From a virus (taxonomy: Duplodnaviria > Heunggongvirae > Uroviricota > Caudoviricetes): DNA of 64,000 bases. The DNA is taken from IMG/VR virus record IMGVR_UViG_3300035501_000173, one strand, 5' to 3'. The notes under the pieces were generated by a model. That model did not search any database. It worked only from the letters and a program-made list of their open reading frames with translations, and had not been told where the DNA came from. Both the position numbers and the translations under genes were made by a program. Shown here piece after piece: positions 36,538-49,800 of the stretch. Numbering within the stretch: position 1 is the stretch's first letter; every line of letters starts with the position of its first letter.

Positions 36538-39500
36538 GACAACAAGAAGCTAATCAATTTGATAAAGGTATGTCTCTAGATACTAATCCCATTGCATTGG
36601 ATAATCACTCTTTAACTAGTGCGTTAAATGCAACAATGATTACAATGAATGGTAATGAATTAGTTCTTTAGAATGATATGGGTAATGCCTAGGTTGAGAC
36701 AGCTTACCTCCCTAGTGGTTACGTACCTGTTGGTATGAAAGAATATGGAGGAATTGTATATGTTGCTTCATATAATCCATTAAAAGGTACTTGTCAACTA
36801 GGTAGTTTCCCATCTCCATAGTAGAATATAAGTAGCGAAGAGAATGGTGATTTGGGGTGTAAACTTACTAACCTTTTACAAGAAAAAATAACTACCTATT
36901 CAGAAACATCAAAACTCCTTGCAGGGCCAATAAGACCTGGAGATCAATTTGCTGTGTGTTATAAGGATGGTGATGGTTTTTTAACATCCCAATTAGCGGC
37001 TGGTATTTTAAAATTAGAACTTTTAATTATAACCGATACAGGCGAAAGTGAAGTTTTAGTAAATTCTGAAAATACTAAACTTTATACACAGGAAAATCAT
37101 CTAGAAAATGTAACATGGATATATAAGGCTAATAATGAAGTTAATTCTAGTAGAAGCTTGTACTATTTAAATAGTCGTTTAACAGGATCTTTGTATTTAA
37201 GACAGACTCTATTATTACCTACTAGTTGTTCAGTACATATAACACCAAATAGAAATGGTGATAATTTAGAGGTGAAAATAATACCTAGTGTAGATAGTGC
37301 ATACAAAAATCTTGGGATTACATACTATATATCTGGAACCCTAACAACTGCTAAAAAAACAACAAACTATTAGCTAGAAGATAAAAATGGAAAAATAATT
37401 TCAGCTGCCGAAGCCAGTTTTAATTTAGGGAACGTAGATTCTGGAAAATTTTCTTACACAGTTATTCCTGTATATAATGGTTGTAAATTAACTAAAGCAG
37501 AAAAATAGGGTACCATTGATTTACAATTATTAGGTACTGGTGTAATAGAAATTACTAGTTTTCGTTATTATAATGATATAAGTAGTGGAGTCTTTAGTTT
37601 TGAATATTCTATACAGTCCTATTTTGGAGATGGTCAATGTCTAGCATCATTACAATTGGAATTACAAGAAGCTACATTTGATGGATCTAATTGGACAATT
37701 GGCTCCGCATTTAGCATCGACTTAACTACAGCAGTTTCATTTGGTGATAATACTGTAAATATGGACTATAGTAGTGATGGTATAGAGTTAGGTAAAATGT
37801 ACATAGGTCGAGTCGTAGCTAAAAATAATAATGGGAAAGAATATGATAGTGCTTGTTATTGGGTAATTACAAATTCTTTAGCTAATGATTACTATTTTCA
37901 ACATCCTACAGACAGTATGATTCCCGGTGATGCTGAGTTAAATGTACCAATTACAGTTACTTGGAAAGATACTTTAGTTAATTCTGATGTATTTTCAAGT
38001 ATAATAGTCGATGAGGAATCTTTACAAACTGCAGAGAACGCAAAATTTGAATACCTTATAAATCCGTCTACTATATTAGAGCATAAATATGAAGCTGGCA
38101 TAGCCTATGATATTGATAATTTCCCTATTAAGTTGGAGTATTTTGTGGACTCTTCTATAAAAGAATGTGGTGATAATACCTACGCAGTTTCTAATTATTA
38201 TGCAGTTAGTGAAAATAAAAAGAATTTGGATTTGGGTATAGAAAATGGTAAAGAAACTATTATAGGTTCTCAATTACCTAATGTTGCAAATGCTTCATAT
38301 TATTACGTTAATGTAATTTCTGAATTTGATACTGAAACTAATATCACAAGGTTCGAAGCAACAACTCCAGCTTAGTTTATCGCTGATTCATATAAGAAAA
38401 CAGAAGATTTCTCGGACACTTACGCAATAGTACCATATACTTCTACATGGTTATCAGATTTGTACATAATGAATAAATTATTTGGAACTGATTTATATGT
38501 AGGAGATGTTAATAATAAGAAAACTACGGAAACTAGCGGTATTGGCTACTTCTTCTCTCCTACTAACTGGCTTACCTTAAAACTATATGAGAGTGGTAGT
38601 AAACGTATGCGTCTAATTGTTAGTGCTAATGATCCGTATGGTATTGAATTATCCGATACTACATAGACTTCTGAAAATGTCTCTTACGGAGGTGATTAGG
38701 GAGATGAATCTGAGAACGGTTCTTATTCAATATATAAAACTTCTTCAGATCCAAGCTGGGATAATTGGATTAATTACTGGAAATCATACGTTAATGGTAA
38801 TGGATAGTACCCTACTATGTATATGATGGGATCTAGCGGTGGTAATGAAGACACTAAATGTAATATTAGTGGAAGTACTAATGACTGGGGTATGCCGATG
38901 ATGTTCGATACAAACGGTAAAGCGTATCTATTTAATCAGGCTAAAAAATATTCAGGCAGTGGTAGAGGTTATTTAGGAATTATTAATGACTTTATACACA
39001 ACTTTAATAATATATATACACTACAACCTAATTAGGCTTTTAAATATGATTACTATAAAGCTGATGATACCTCATACTCTTATAATAAGTAGTATTCAGT
39101 TACTATAAATTACTCTCTAGAAAATAAGGTAACGATTAAGGATGGGGTAAATTCAGGAAATTCTACATATTTAAAGTTTCCTAAATTTAATGTAACTGTT
39201 AGTAATCAAACTTAGACTTATATATACTCAGTTTCCTCCGTAGACATTAGTTCTAAAGCCTAGGAATATTTAGATGCTTCCCCGACTTTAGGTAATGTAG
39301 CCCTTATTAAAGATGATTCTACGGAGTATAAGTATAATATTATAACTAAAGCCTATAACCCCAATAGTAAAACTTCCGAAAGCTTTAATAGTTCACACAT
39401 CTATTATAAAATAAGTGATACACACTTAGTAGACTGCAATACGTATAATATTACATAGATAGATAAGGTTCTTGGCGGTAGTAAACCATTAGGCTACTAC

Positions 39501-39785
39501 ATAGCTAATCTTGTAAACTTAGGAATACTGTTCTATCAATATAATTCAGATTTAGACTACAATACTTTCTATGTAAATAGTTCTAAATTAAAGTCTAATA
39601 AAATACAAACTACTAAGTTTGTTATAGGTCGAGGTAAAACCTCTGATTCTGGTAGTGGTGAGCTTACTAATGGCAAAACATGTAAATATTAGTTATTACA
39701 AGAATCTGATAGTAGTAAGCCAGCTACATATTTCACTAATGTAAATAACTCTGTAATAGCTTAGTATAAAACAAATAGCTTATAA
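36534..39785 (+). CDS. tail stabilisation-like protein, 1083 aa
   Basis: NGNELVL(TAG=Q)NDMGN...GYVPVGMKEYGGIVYVASYNP; pieces 36852-39035 are in frame; TAA 39783-39785. Confidence 0.7.
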
Positions 39786-39787
39786 TT

Positions 39788-42700
39788 ATGGGAGAAAACT
39801 TTTCTTATGTTGTTAAATAGATATAGCCTAAAGGTAAATTAGTATATGAGTATAACCCACTTCATAACTTTAGAACTGCGAACAGCGATGGAGAACTAAA
39901 GGATTTTGATACATCAAAATTAAATTTTGATTTATCCCACCCTGTAACTATTGATTGTTAGGAATCGTATGATAAATCAATTAATTTAATTCTTAACGAT
40001 GGCACAAATATTCCAAGAATTATAAATACTAGGTTTACAGCTAGGGAGAATAATACTTATGAAAGAGTTGATAGGTTAGGAAATACTGATACTAATATAT
40101 ATGATGAAGATGAATTTACTATTGATACCTCTTTAGTAAAACGCTATATTAACATTCCAGAAGTAACCTTTAAAGGCGTTGCTTATGGTGGAGGACTTCC
40201 AGTAGGTAATTACACATTTTACTTTAAGTTATCCGACGCAGACGATAATGAAACTGATATTGTTGCTGAATCTGGCTTAGTAACAATTCACATAGGAGCC
40301 CTAAATTCACCACCATCTATTAGAGGTGGGGAGTAGAATGAAAATAGTGGTAAAATGGTTCAATTCCAATTATCAAATCTAGATTCTGGTTATGATTATG
40401 TAAAAGTGTATTATAGTAGAACTACTGGAGTTGATAATGCAACTAGAACTACCACAGCCACAAGAGTAAATAATAGATTTAGAATTAAAAATAACTATTG
40501 TTTGGTTAGCATTACAGGTAATGAATCTGTTGATGATATACCTGTATCCGAATTAAGTTAGGATTTCTTTTTAGCAAGTTCTGCAAAAGCTCAAGCTATC
40601 TGTTAGAATATGCTATTTTTAGGAAATGTTTCAAAAGCTACCGCTGATTAGGGTTTAATTAATCTTAGTTTAAATTGGCTTCCCTATTATGAATCTGAAA
40701 CACCTTCTGATATTACAGATGATTTAGGAGTTTCGTATTCAAATTATACTGGCTACTATAATACAAATAATATATACAATAAGGTTGGTTATTGGAATGA
40801 AGAGATATACCGATTTGGTGTAGTATATATAATGGATAACGGTTCGTTATCTCCTGTATTTAATATTCGTGGTATAAATGGTGTTCCAGAAATAAATGAA
40901 GAAGATTCATACACAAAATTGGACAATGACTTTAATATTGACTATGATACATAGTTAATAAATTCTGGAACCTTGGAAAATTCTGCTGGTGTATGTCGTA
41001 TTGTGGATACTTCTGGAGGATAGTATTTTAAAGTAAGACACTTTAAGTTTTGTATTGACAAAGATACTTTAGAAAAAATATAGGATAAAGGTGTAAAGGG
41101 ATATTTCTTTGTAAGGCAAAAAAGAATTCCTCTCATACTGTGTCAAGCCTTTATGATTGGTCGCGATACATATTCTGGTATTCCTGCTTGGACGCTTGAA
41201 AATACTCATGTTACTGAAACTTTTTTAGACTCACAAGGTTACTTAACTTAGAATTATGAAGAGCGTCTTATATAGGTAAATGATAATAAGTATTCTGTAT
41301 CTGTTGGATTTGCTCCAGAATATGAACTAAATCAACCCTACTATAATAACTTTTTTACTGGTGATAAAATGATTATTAGGTAGGAAACTGCGAAAGGGTC
41401 TTTGCTTGCTGCTAGTAATCATATTTACTAGTTGGATAATACATCTTACACATGGGAAAATAATTCCACTATGCAAGCTAAGGTAATTTCAATACCTGAT
41501 GGTACTAATGTTACTGATGGGAGTACTAAGTTTAAAGGAGTTGCTGGAGCTGCCGAAGAACTCAAATTTACGTATGTTAATAATAAAACTAATAAGCCCA
41601 TTAAGAAGAATTTTTCAGGAACGAAAACTACCTACACATTTTTAAATGGGCATATACAAGTTAATACCAAAGAGACAACTAGTAAAGTAGCTATTACTAG
41701 AGGATTATATGGAACTTATCTTGGAGTTTATAACAATAATCTTATCCATGACAATAGTTTAATTAATATATATATTCCTGGATATGGTACTGAAAACATA
41801 AGTGAATACTTTAATATACGTATTAACTGCGAGGATTAGTATTACGCAGTTTCTGATAGAAAAACTTTAAAGCTTGGTAGTGAAAAGACTATTATAGAAG
41901 ATGTATATAGAGGTGACTGCTTTATCAGTTAGTTTACTCATAGAATAAATAGAAACTTCTAGGATCCTGATGCACCTTGTAATGATACTATAGTAGAAGC
42001 TAGTACTTGGAGAGATAATTATGATGCTGATAAAGGAACAGCTTCTGATGTTAATAGAGGTGACGTAAATGCCATTTAGATGGGAACATATATAACATTT
42101 AGATGTTATACTACCTACAATGTAGCAATGCGTGATTGGGATAGAGGTTATCCCTCAGAAGAGTCTTTAACTGGATGTAAAAGATCTTTTTATCCATTAA
42201 GTCCTATTCGCGTAGATGGACATTATAAAATACCAGAGTCCAATTAGTTTAATTAGGGATTCTCTGCTACTACTGGAGAAAAAGCACATTTCTTATAGCC
42301 AAATGTTCCATATATAAAGAATACTTATTAGACTAGAATTATATATTCTGATATAGCACAAACAGATGCTTTTAAAAACGGATTTAGAATATTTAAAGGT
42401 GTATCCTTTAGGGATTATTCTAACTAGTACGGAGGAATAACTAAACTTGTATAGTGGTTAGATAATCTAGTTGTAATATTTGAACATGGTATTGGTATTG
42501 CTACAGTAAATGCAAATGCTTTGATACCTACTGATGATGGAACTTCTATTTCTGTTGGAGCTGTTAAAGTTATTCCAGACACATTAAAAATGTTAAGCAC
42601 AGATTATGGTACTTAGTGGTCTGAATCTGTAGTATGTTCCAATGCGTATATTTATGGAGTTGATACAGTAGCTAGAAAGATTTGGAGAACTCAAGGATCT

Positions 42701-44557
42701 GGTGTAGAATGTATTTCCGATTTCCATGTTTAGAAATTTTTAAATGAGAATATTAGTCTTGGAGAACGAGAATTAACGCCTTTAATAGGTGTTCGTAATG
42801 TAAAGTCACACTTTAATAATTACAAGAATGATGTAATGTTCACATTCTATGATAATACTTATGGTTTTGAAGAAACTGTATGGAATTTATGTTATTGTGA
42901 AACTTTAAGTTCTTTTACTACATTCTATTCTTGGCTTCCTTCTTATTCTGCTAACATTGATAATGTATTCTTTACTTTTGATCGTAACTGTTCAAAATGG
43001 GTTTCTAAATTAGCTGCTAGTACGTGTACTAAAACAGGAAATGAAGTAACTTATAATAATGATGCTTCGGGTGTATGCTTAGATAGCGTACAAATAAACG
43101 GTTCTTCTTGGAGTGCTAATTTATATTTAAGTCCTGACAGAACAGAATTGTTAGATCAAGATAAGTAGTACACCTTAGAGTTTACACTAGAGCGTGATAA
43201 TTTTGGTAATTATGCTTATTTTGAAATAGTTAATAGTACACTAAAGGTAGCGGATTATCCAGGTTTACTTAAACACTGGTTCTTAGCTGCTGATGAATCT
43301 AAAGTAAAAACTCCGTCAGAACCTTGTATAGGATTAAATATTAAATGTACTATTTAGAGTAAAAATTCCACTGGTACATCTATTATTGATCACTACACCT
43401 TAACTAATGAAGGTTATTATTCTAATCAAATCTTCTTAACATTAGAGGATATTGTAAATAACTAGTCTAGTAAAAAAGAACTAGCCAATGGATCTGTTGC
43501 TATAACTGTACAGAATCAATTAAAGCTTAATGATATTACAGTTAATTTACCAACTTTTGAAACTGCTTTCTGGAAGCATGGTTTTGCTGGAATTATAGAT
43601 ACTTAGGAAAAAATAATGCCTTGCTTGTGGTATCATAAATAGCATCCATTTGAATTTGAATTCGTTACAGGTAATGATAATGCTGGTTATAAACAGTTTG
43701 ATAACTTAGTAATATCATCTAATAATGTAGCTCCAGAATCCTTCCATTATACAATTGTAGGTGATAGCTATGATTTCTCTGACTAGAAGCCTAGTATGTA
43801 CTGGAGATAGGAGGCTACTAAATATTTCTATCAGTATAATGGTTGTGATATTTTATATGACCATAAAGTATTTGACACACCAACAAAGTATGAACCTTCT
43901 CAAGTAACTTCTAGCACTTATATAGAAAAGACTAATGATAATACTAGTTATTTAAGACATTCATCAACAGTATCAAATGTATATCGTGATACGATGATGC
44001 CTTGGATATACACTAGACAGGATACCTTTAATGAGATTGAAGACTATTATAAAAGTATAACAGCTTCTGCTTATAAAGATTATCCTAATATTACTGGGGG
44101 TGAAATAGTTTGGGATTGTTAGTTTAATCATTTTAGTATTTGTAATCACGTTAAAGCTAGGGATGTTAAAAACGTAGGAAGAACCCGTGCTAATATGCAA
44201 TACATTAATGATAAGTGGGTAATTTAGATTACTCCAATTAATGTGTATAATAGAAATTACACTTGGTTTAAAGGTTCTGACGATAAGCAACATCCTAAAT
44301 TAGTTATTAATAATATTCCTACAGAAGTATTTAATCACTTAAAGGGAACTATTGACTCCAATAAGATACCAAGTGATTTAGAGGCTTATAGAAATGATCC
44401 TAGTGTGGCATTTGATATGACACCTTGGGAATCAATTGCTAATGCAAGAAAAGAAATAAAGCTTATGGATAAACAAATAAAGACAAAAATTAGATATAAA
44501 GGAGATTAGCTGGTAAATATATTAGCTGTTTCTACACAATTTAATTCTATGGTATAA
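39788..44557 (+). CDS. tail stabilisation/muzzle-like protein, 1589 aa
   Basis: LVYEYNPLHNFR...ESYDKSINLILNDG...YWNEEIYRFGVVYI...YGVDTVARKIWRT; pieces 40355-44509 are in frame; TAATG-coupled to the next gene. Confidence 0.72.
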
Positions 44558-45849
44558 TGGGAACTTCATTTGGATCTGTTTCAGGTTCTGGAAATACTGG
44601 AGGAAGTGGAAGCTCATCATCTTTAAAGGAAAAACTATCTAATAGTGAAGCCTATAACATAGCTGTAAAAACTATAGGTGGTGTAGCAGGTTAGTTTCCC
44701 ACTCCTAATGAAAATCTAAACAAGAATACTTAGCAAATAACCAGTCTTCGTAATACAGCTTCAGATGCTTTATTATCTTCTGGTAATCCATATGCAATGG
44801 CTGGTGGTGCAGCTCTTAAAGTAATGGGTGCTACAGGTGGATTTACAGATGCTTCTGAAGGACTTGGTACTGGTACAGATAATTTAAATAAATTTGCTTC
44901 ATTAGCATTACCAGGAGCAGGTTGGTTCACTAAACCTGTTGAAAAGTATTCTGTTGGTACAGATACTCAGGTTATGCAATCTGGCTATGCAAGTACTATA
45001 AAAAATAATGAAAAGGCTGCTAAAAATGCTGGAGCTAAATTATTATTTGGACGTAGTAAAGCAAGATCTATGATACATGAAGCTAAAGCTAAAGATATGC
45101 TTATTTCTAATATTAAAGAGGAGGCTGATGATAACTATGCTTCTATGGCTAGTTTAACTTAGGCTAAATCTATGTCAGATTAGTATGCTTATGAAGGAGG
45201 TTATTAGCAAGCCTTAGCAAGAGCCGGTAAATTAGGTATGAAACTTACAAAAGCTAGACAAATAGCTAATAGATTAACTCCACTATTACCTGAATTTTAG
45301 GAAGGTGGGATAATTGAAACTGATAACCTTATTAATGAACCCGAAGAAATTGAAAAGTTCATTCCTAAAGACCCTGCAGAATTCTTTAATAATATAACAT
45401 TTGATGACGTACCGGAGTTTAAAGACGGGGGTAGAGTTATTGAAGAATCTAATATTGAAAAGTTTGTTCCAACAACTCCTGAGTAGGATGCACAATTCTT
45501 TAATAGTTTAGTATTTGATGATGTACAAGAGTTTAAAGAAGGTGGCTAGATGAATGTAATTCCTGAAGGTAATTTACATGCTAGATTACACCACATGAAT
45601 GGTGCGGATGAACTTACTAAAAAAGGTATTCCAGTAGTAGATAATGATGGTAATCAACAAGCTGAAATTGAATTAAATGAAATTATATTTAATCTTGACG
45701 TATCTACAAAACTTGAAGAACTTCATAAAAAATACAAAGAAGAAGGTAGTGACAAAGATAAAATAGCTATTGAAGCAGGTAAGTTACTTGCTGAATAGAT
45801 AATGGAAAATACAGATGATAGAACTGGATTAATTGCACAAGTTTAGTAA
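44557..45849 (+). CDS. putative cargo/ejection protein, 430 aa
   Basis: Gly/Ala-rich N-half, three F[KQ]xGG-terminated repeats, C-terminal NVIPEGNLHARLHHM...QAEIE; ends GTT TAG TAA. Confidence 0.68.
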
Positions 45850-45850
45850 G

Positions 45851-46432
45851 ATGGAAACAGTTAAAGTGACTTTAGGAAAGAAAAGCTACAAATTAAAAGT
45901 AGCATCTACTAAATAGGAACTTCGTAAAGGTTTAATGGGAGTAAATCATCTTAACGATGATGAAGGTATGTTATTTGACTTCGGAAGAGAAGGTAAACAT
46001 GAAATGTGGATGTACAATACTATAATTCCATTAGACTAGATATTTATTAATGCCGAACAAGAAGTGACTAAGGTTGCTACTAGAGAACCTTACGATGAAA
46101 CTTTAGTAGGTAAAGAAGATAGTCTATATGTAGTAGAACTAAACGCTAATTCAGGAGTAAAAGTTGGAGATGAGCTTGAATTTGATGATGATACATCTAA
46201 TTATGTAATGCGAGTACTGTCACCAGATGGTTCTACACAAATGAACTTGCAAGGTGGTGAACGCATATTTAGTAGAAAGAATACTAAAGTATTAATTAGA
46301 CAAGCTAAAAAAGCTTACACTTCTAAGTCAGATTCAGACTATAAACGCTTAGGTAAATCTGTATTTAAATTCTTATCTATTCAGGATGGAAATAAACCTG
46401 AATATGTTCAACTACCTAACTCAAAAGATTAA
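45851..46432 (+). CDS. DUF192-family protein, 193 aa
   Basis: ELRKGLMG...EGMLF...[11 protein letters not shown](Q)IFIN is the DUF192 signature, recovered only with TAG read-through. Confidence 0.8.
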
Positions 46433-46444
46433 CCTTTAAAGAAT

Positions 46445-46475
46445 TTTGAATTGTTACAATAAAATCGTATTTTTA
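46445..46475 (+). promoter_or_regulatory. Bacteroidota-type promoter candidate (TTTG-N19-TATTTTTA)
   Basis: Intergenic, upstream of ATG 46521. Confidence 0.5.
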
Positions 46476-46520
46476 GTTCAACTAAGATAAAATAGAGAAT
46501 AACTTTAAAATTTATTAATT

Positions 46521-46820
46521 ATGTATATCAATTTTCCGAAAGTAAGACGCTTCCAAGAAGGTGGTGCGGTGCCCCCACAGGAGGCTCAAGGTGGCGCTCC
46601 AGCAGGTGGAGGTGATCCGATGCAAGAAATTTTACAGGCTGCTGCACAGGCTGTACAGAATAACGATGGTCAACTTGCTTTGCAGGTATGCCAAGCTTTA
46701 GTTCAATTAGCACAAGGTGGTGGCGGTGCCCCTGAAGGCGGTGCTCCAGCTCCTGCAGAAGGTGGCGAGGAACCCGTTTACAGATTAGGTGGTCGTCTAG
46801 CGTATCGCCAACGTTATTAA
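46521..46820 (+). CDS. small Gly/Ala/Gln-rich internal protein, 99 aa, TAG-free
   Basis: Complete ORF; RFQEGG near the N-end and YRLGG near the C-end; has its own promoter candidate and terminator. Confidence 0.8.
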   Translation: MYINFPKVRRFQEGGAVPPQEAQGGAPAGGGDPMQEILQAAAQAVQNNDGQLALQVCQALVQLAQGGGGAPEGGAPAPAEGGEEPVYRLGGRLAYRQRY

Positions 46821-46833
46821 TTCCTAATAAGGT

Positions 46834-46868
46834 AGGAGGTATGTAAGCAATTATATACCTCCTTTTTT
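46834..46868 (+). terminator. intrinsic terminator
   Basis: AGGAGGTATGTAA-GCAA-TTATATACCTCCT followed by TTTTT. Confidence 0.88.
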
Positions 46869-46883
46869 AATTTAATACCATTT

Positions 46884-49800
46884 ATGGCAGAACAAGAAGT
46901 AAAAAAAGTAAACATTGCTGGTAAAAGTGTTGATTATAATGAACTTGAAAGACGAGCAAAAGCTAAAGCTTATGCTTGGATGGATTACTAGGGATTGAAA
47001 GGTGATCAACGTAGGGATTTTATAGACGCTTTTAATCGCAAAATGACTGAGTTGTATGAAGGTAATGATTATGTTCCTGATGAGGCGCATATTAATTATT
47101 ACGGTAAACACTCTGGAAATAAAAAACAAGATGGTAATACCAAAGGCGGTATCTTGCGCACTGAGCGTCGCTTAGAATTTGACCCTAATAGCAGTGTAGA
47201 TACATTCTTAAATGGTATTGCAGGAGTTACCGAAGATTTAGACGAAAAAGCTAAGAGAGAGGAAGAAGAGCGTAAAGCTAAATTACCTCAATGGAATTCT
47301 TCTTTACTTGCACAAGCTGTATAGGATTCTATTTTTGGTGAAGGTAATGAATTTTCAGCAGACCAATTAATGGCTTGGGCTGATGAATTAGATCCTTACA
47401 CTAAAGGAACTCCCCGCTCCACAGCTAATCGTAGAGCATTTATAGCATCCGTAGTAAATCAATATAAGAAAGATTTACTTAATGGGAAATATAACATAAG
47501 TGACGAAGATAAAGAAGATGAATTACACAATGTAAGTTCAATCTTAGGAGGTGTATCAGGTTGGCAATTAAATAAAATTGCACCTTGGATGTCTCATCTT
47601 CTTTATACTGATGATAAATATTATGCAACTAATGAAGAACGAGACGCTGCTAAAAAGCAAGCATTAGAAGAAGCATTAGCAGAAGCAGAAACTGCATATA
47701 TTAATAATGGTACTGGTACTAACCCTTATGATAAAAGTAAAGATCCTGATAATTATAATCGAGTAGAATAGGCTAGGGGTCTAGTTTTAGATTAGCAGTT
47801 TCAAAATAAATTTGATAATTATAATGTTACTTCTAGTCGTTTAAGATCTCCTCACTGGTTACCTCGTTGGACTTATTTTAAGGATGGGAATGTATTTTCT
47901 GGCTATGATCCTAAAGGAGCCAATGGTATATTATCTTTAATTGATGCTGCTTATAAAGTGAATACTGACTACTCCGATGATGGTCGAGGTTTGGATTATT
48001 AGGGAACTGTAGGATTAGATTGGGAATGGGGGCATGATAATTATACAGGACGAGGTAAAGGTGATACATCTTTATTAGGAGTTTTACCTCAGGCTTATTT
48101 TGATTCTGACGAAATTCGGGGAAATGATGATATGCCTGACGATGTAACTCATAGTAATGTACGAGGTTATAATGTAGGACGCACCAATAATGGTGTTAAA
48201 ATGAAGTTCTTATCTGATTATGCCCACTTTGCAGTTAGCACTAATCCAAATCTTTATAGATTAAAACCAGGAACTTCCATGTTCTTATTACCAGACTTGA
48301 TTGATTGGAGTCGTGGTACTGCTTACGTTCTTAATGAGGGTGTGGATTAGAAAAATACTATAGAGCAAATCAACATAGCACCATATATTAAACAACTTAA
48401 AACTAATAATCCTGCTCTGTATAATCTTTTACTACAATCATACACTAAGGCACATAAATATAAGTGGACTTAGGATCCAACCGCTGAAACAGAAACTCCA
48501 GCAGCTGCTGTAGCATCTTAGAAAAACGGAGGACGCATTCTAAAAGCACAATTCGGTGCTGCTATGGAAATGGCTAATAGTGCTTCACAAGCTGATTTAG
48601 AAGCTTAGCAAGCACGTATCGCGATAGAGGGTTAGACGTAGTTTAATCGTGAGTTAGCTGCTTAGGATACTAAGTTATCCGCACTAGAATATGCTAGAAT
48701 TGGTGCAGCTGCTGCTGATATGGCTTCTATCGCAACTTCTTATGCTCCTGGTTATGGTACTGCAGCAGCTGCAGGTTTAGGACTAGTTTCTACAGCAACT
48801 AATTTAGTTGCAGATCTTAATGATAAATCTGTATCTACTGGAGATGCGCTCAAAGGCTTAGGAATTAATCTAGCTATGGATGTAGCTTCTTTAATCCCCG
48901 GAATAGGTACAGGTGCTGGTATTTCAAAAGTAACTAAGCCCCTTTTAAAACTGGCTCCTAAAATTTTAGCTGTTATGGGGGCAATTAATGTTGCTCCTGC
49001 CGCAATAGATTCTTTTAAGAAGCTTTGTGATGGTAAGACCCTTAATTAGGAGGACTACAAAAATATAGCTTACGGTTTAGGTGCTGTAGCCGGTATACAC
49101 AATATGGGACGTACATCCTACCTTAATCATAAATATAAGAATGCAATGCCTAAAGGTGTTGCTGCAACTAAAGGTGGTGGTACAGGAGAATTTAATGTTA
49201 AGTTTAAGAGTAATGGTTCTGAGCAAACTGTTAAACTTAGTAATACCGATATTGAAGCTATTAACAATGCTGGTGCTAAAGGAAATGAAGCTGCTCGTAC
49301 TAAATTCCGAGAAATACTTACTGGTAAAGGTGTAGATAAAACTATTGTTGATTAGGCAGAATTAGTCGGAACTAACTTTAGTGGTAGCCGTGTTAAACGT
49401 GTTTTTGATAAAAAATTATCGGGAGATGAAATCTTAAATGCTGATTCTGAGGGCAAAGCTCCAACTACAAAAGAAGTTCAGGATTATTATAAAAAACTTG
49501 TAGAGGAAAATCGTAAGTTAGTCAAATCGTACCAAACTAGTAAGCGTAGATGGAAGAGATGGATTGGTAATAACTTAAACACAGATGCTGAAATCTATGT
49601 AGGTCAGCAAGGAATGTTTAAAAATCCATTCAAGGGAAAGAAGAGCGGTCTTGAAGAATAGTATGCAGCTGTTAATAAATAGATTGCGGATGAACGAAGG
49701 GTTAGAGTTCAAAAAGAGTGGGATGAACGAAATAAACGAGTTGCTGAGGGTAAGAAATTAGCTGAAGAAGCTGGAAAAGAACGGGGTGTAGTATGGACTA

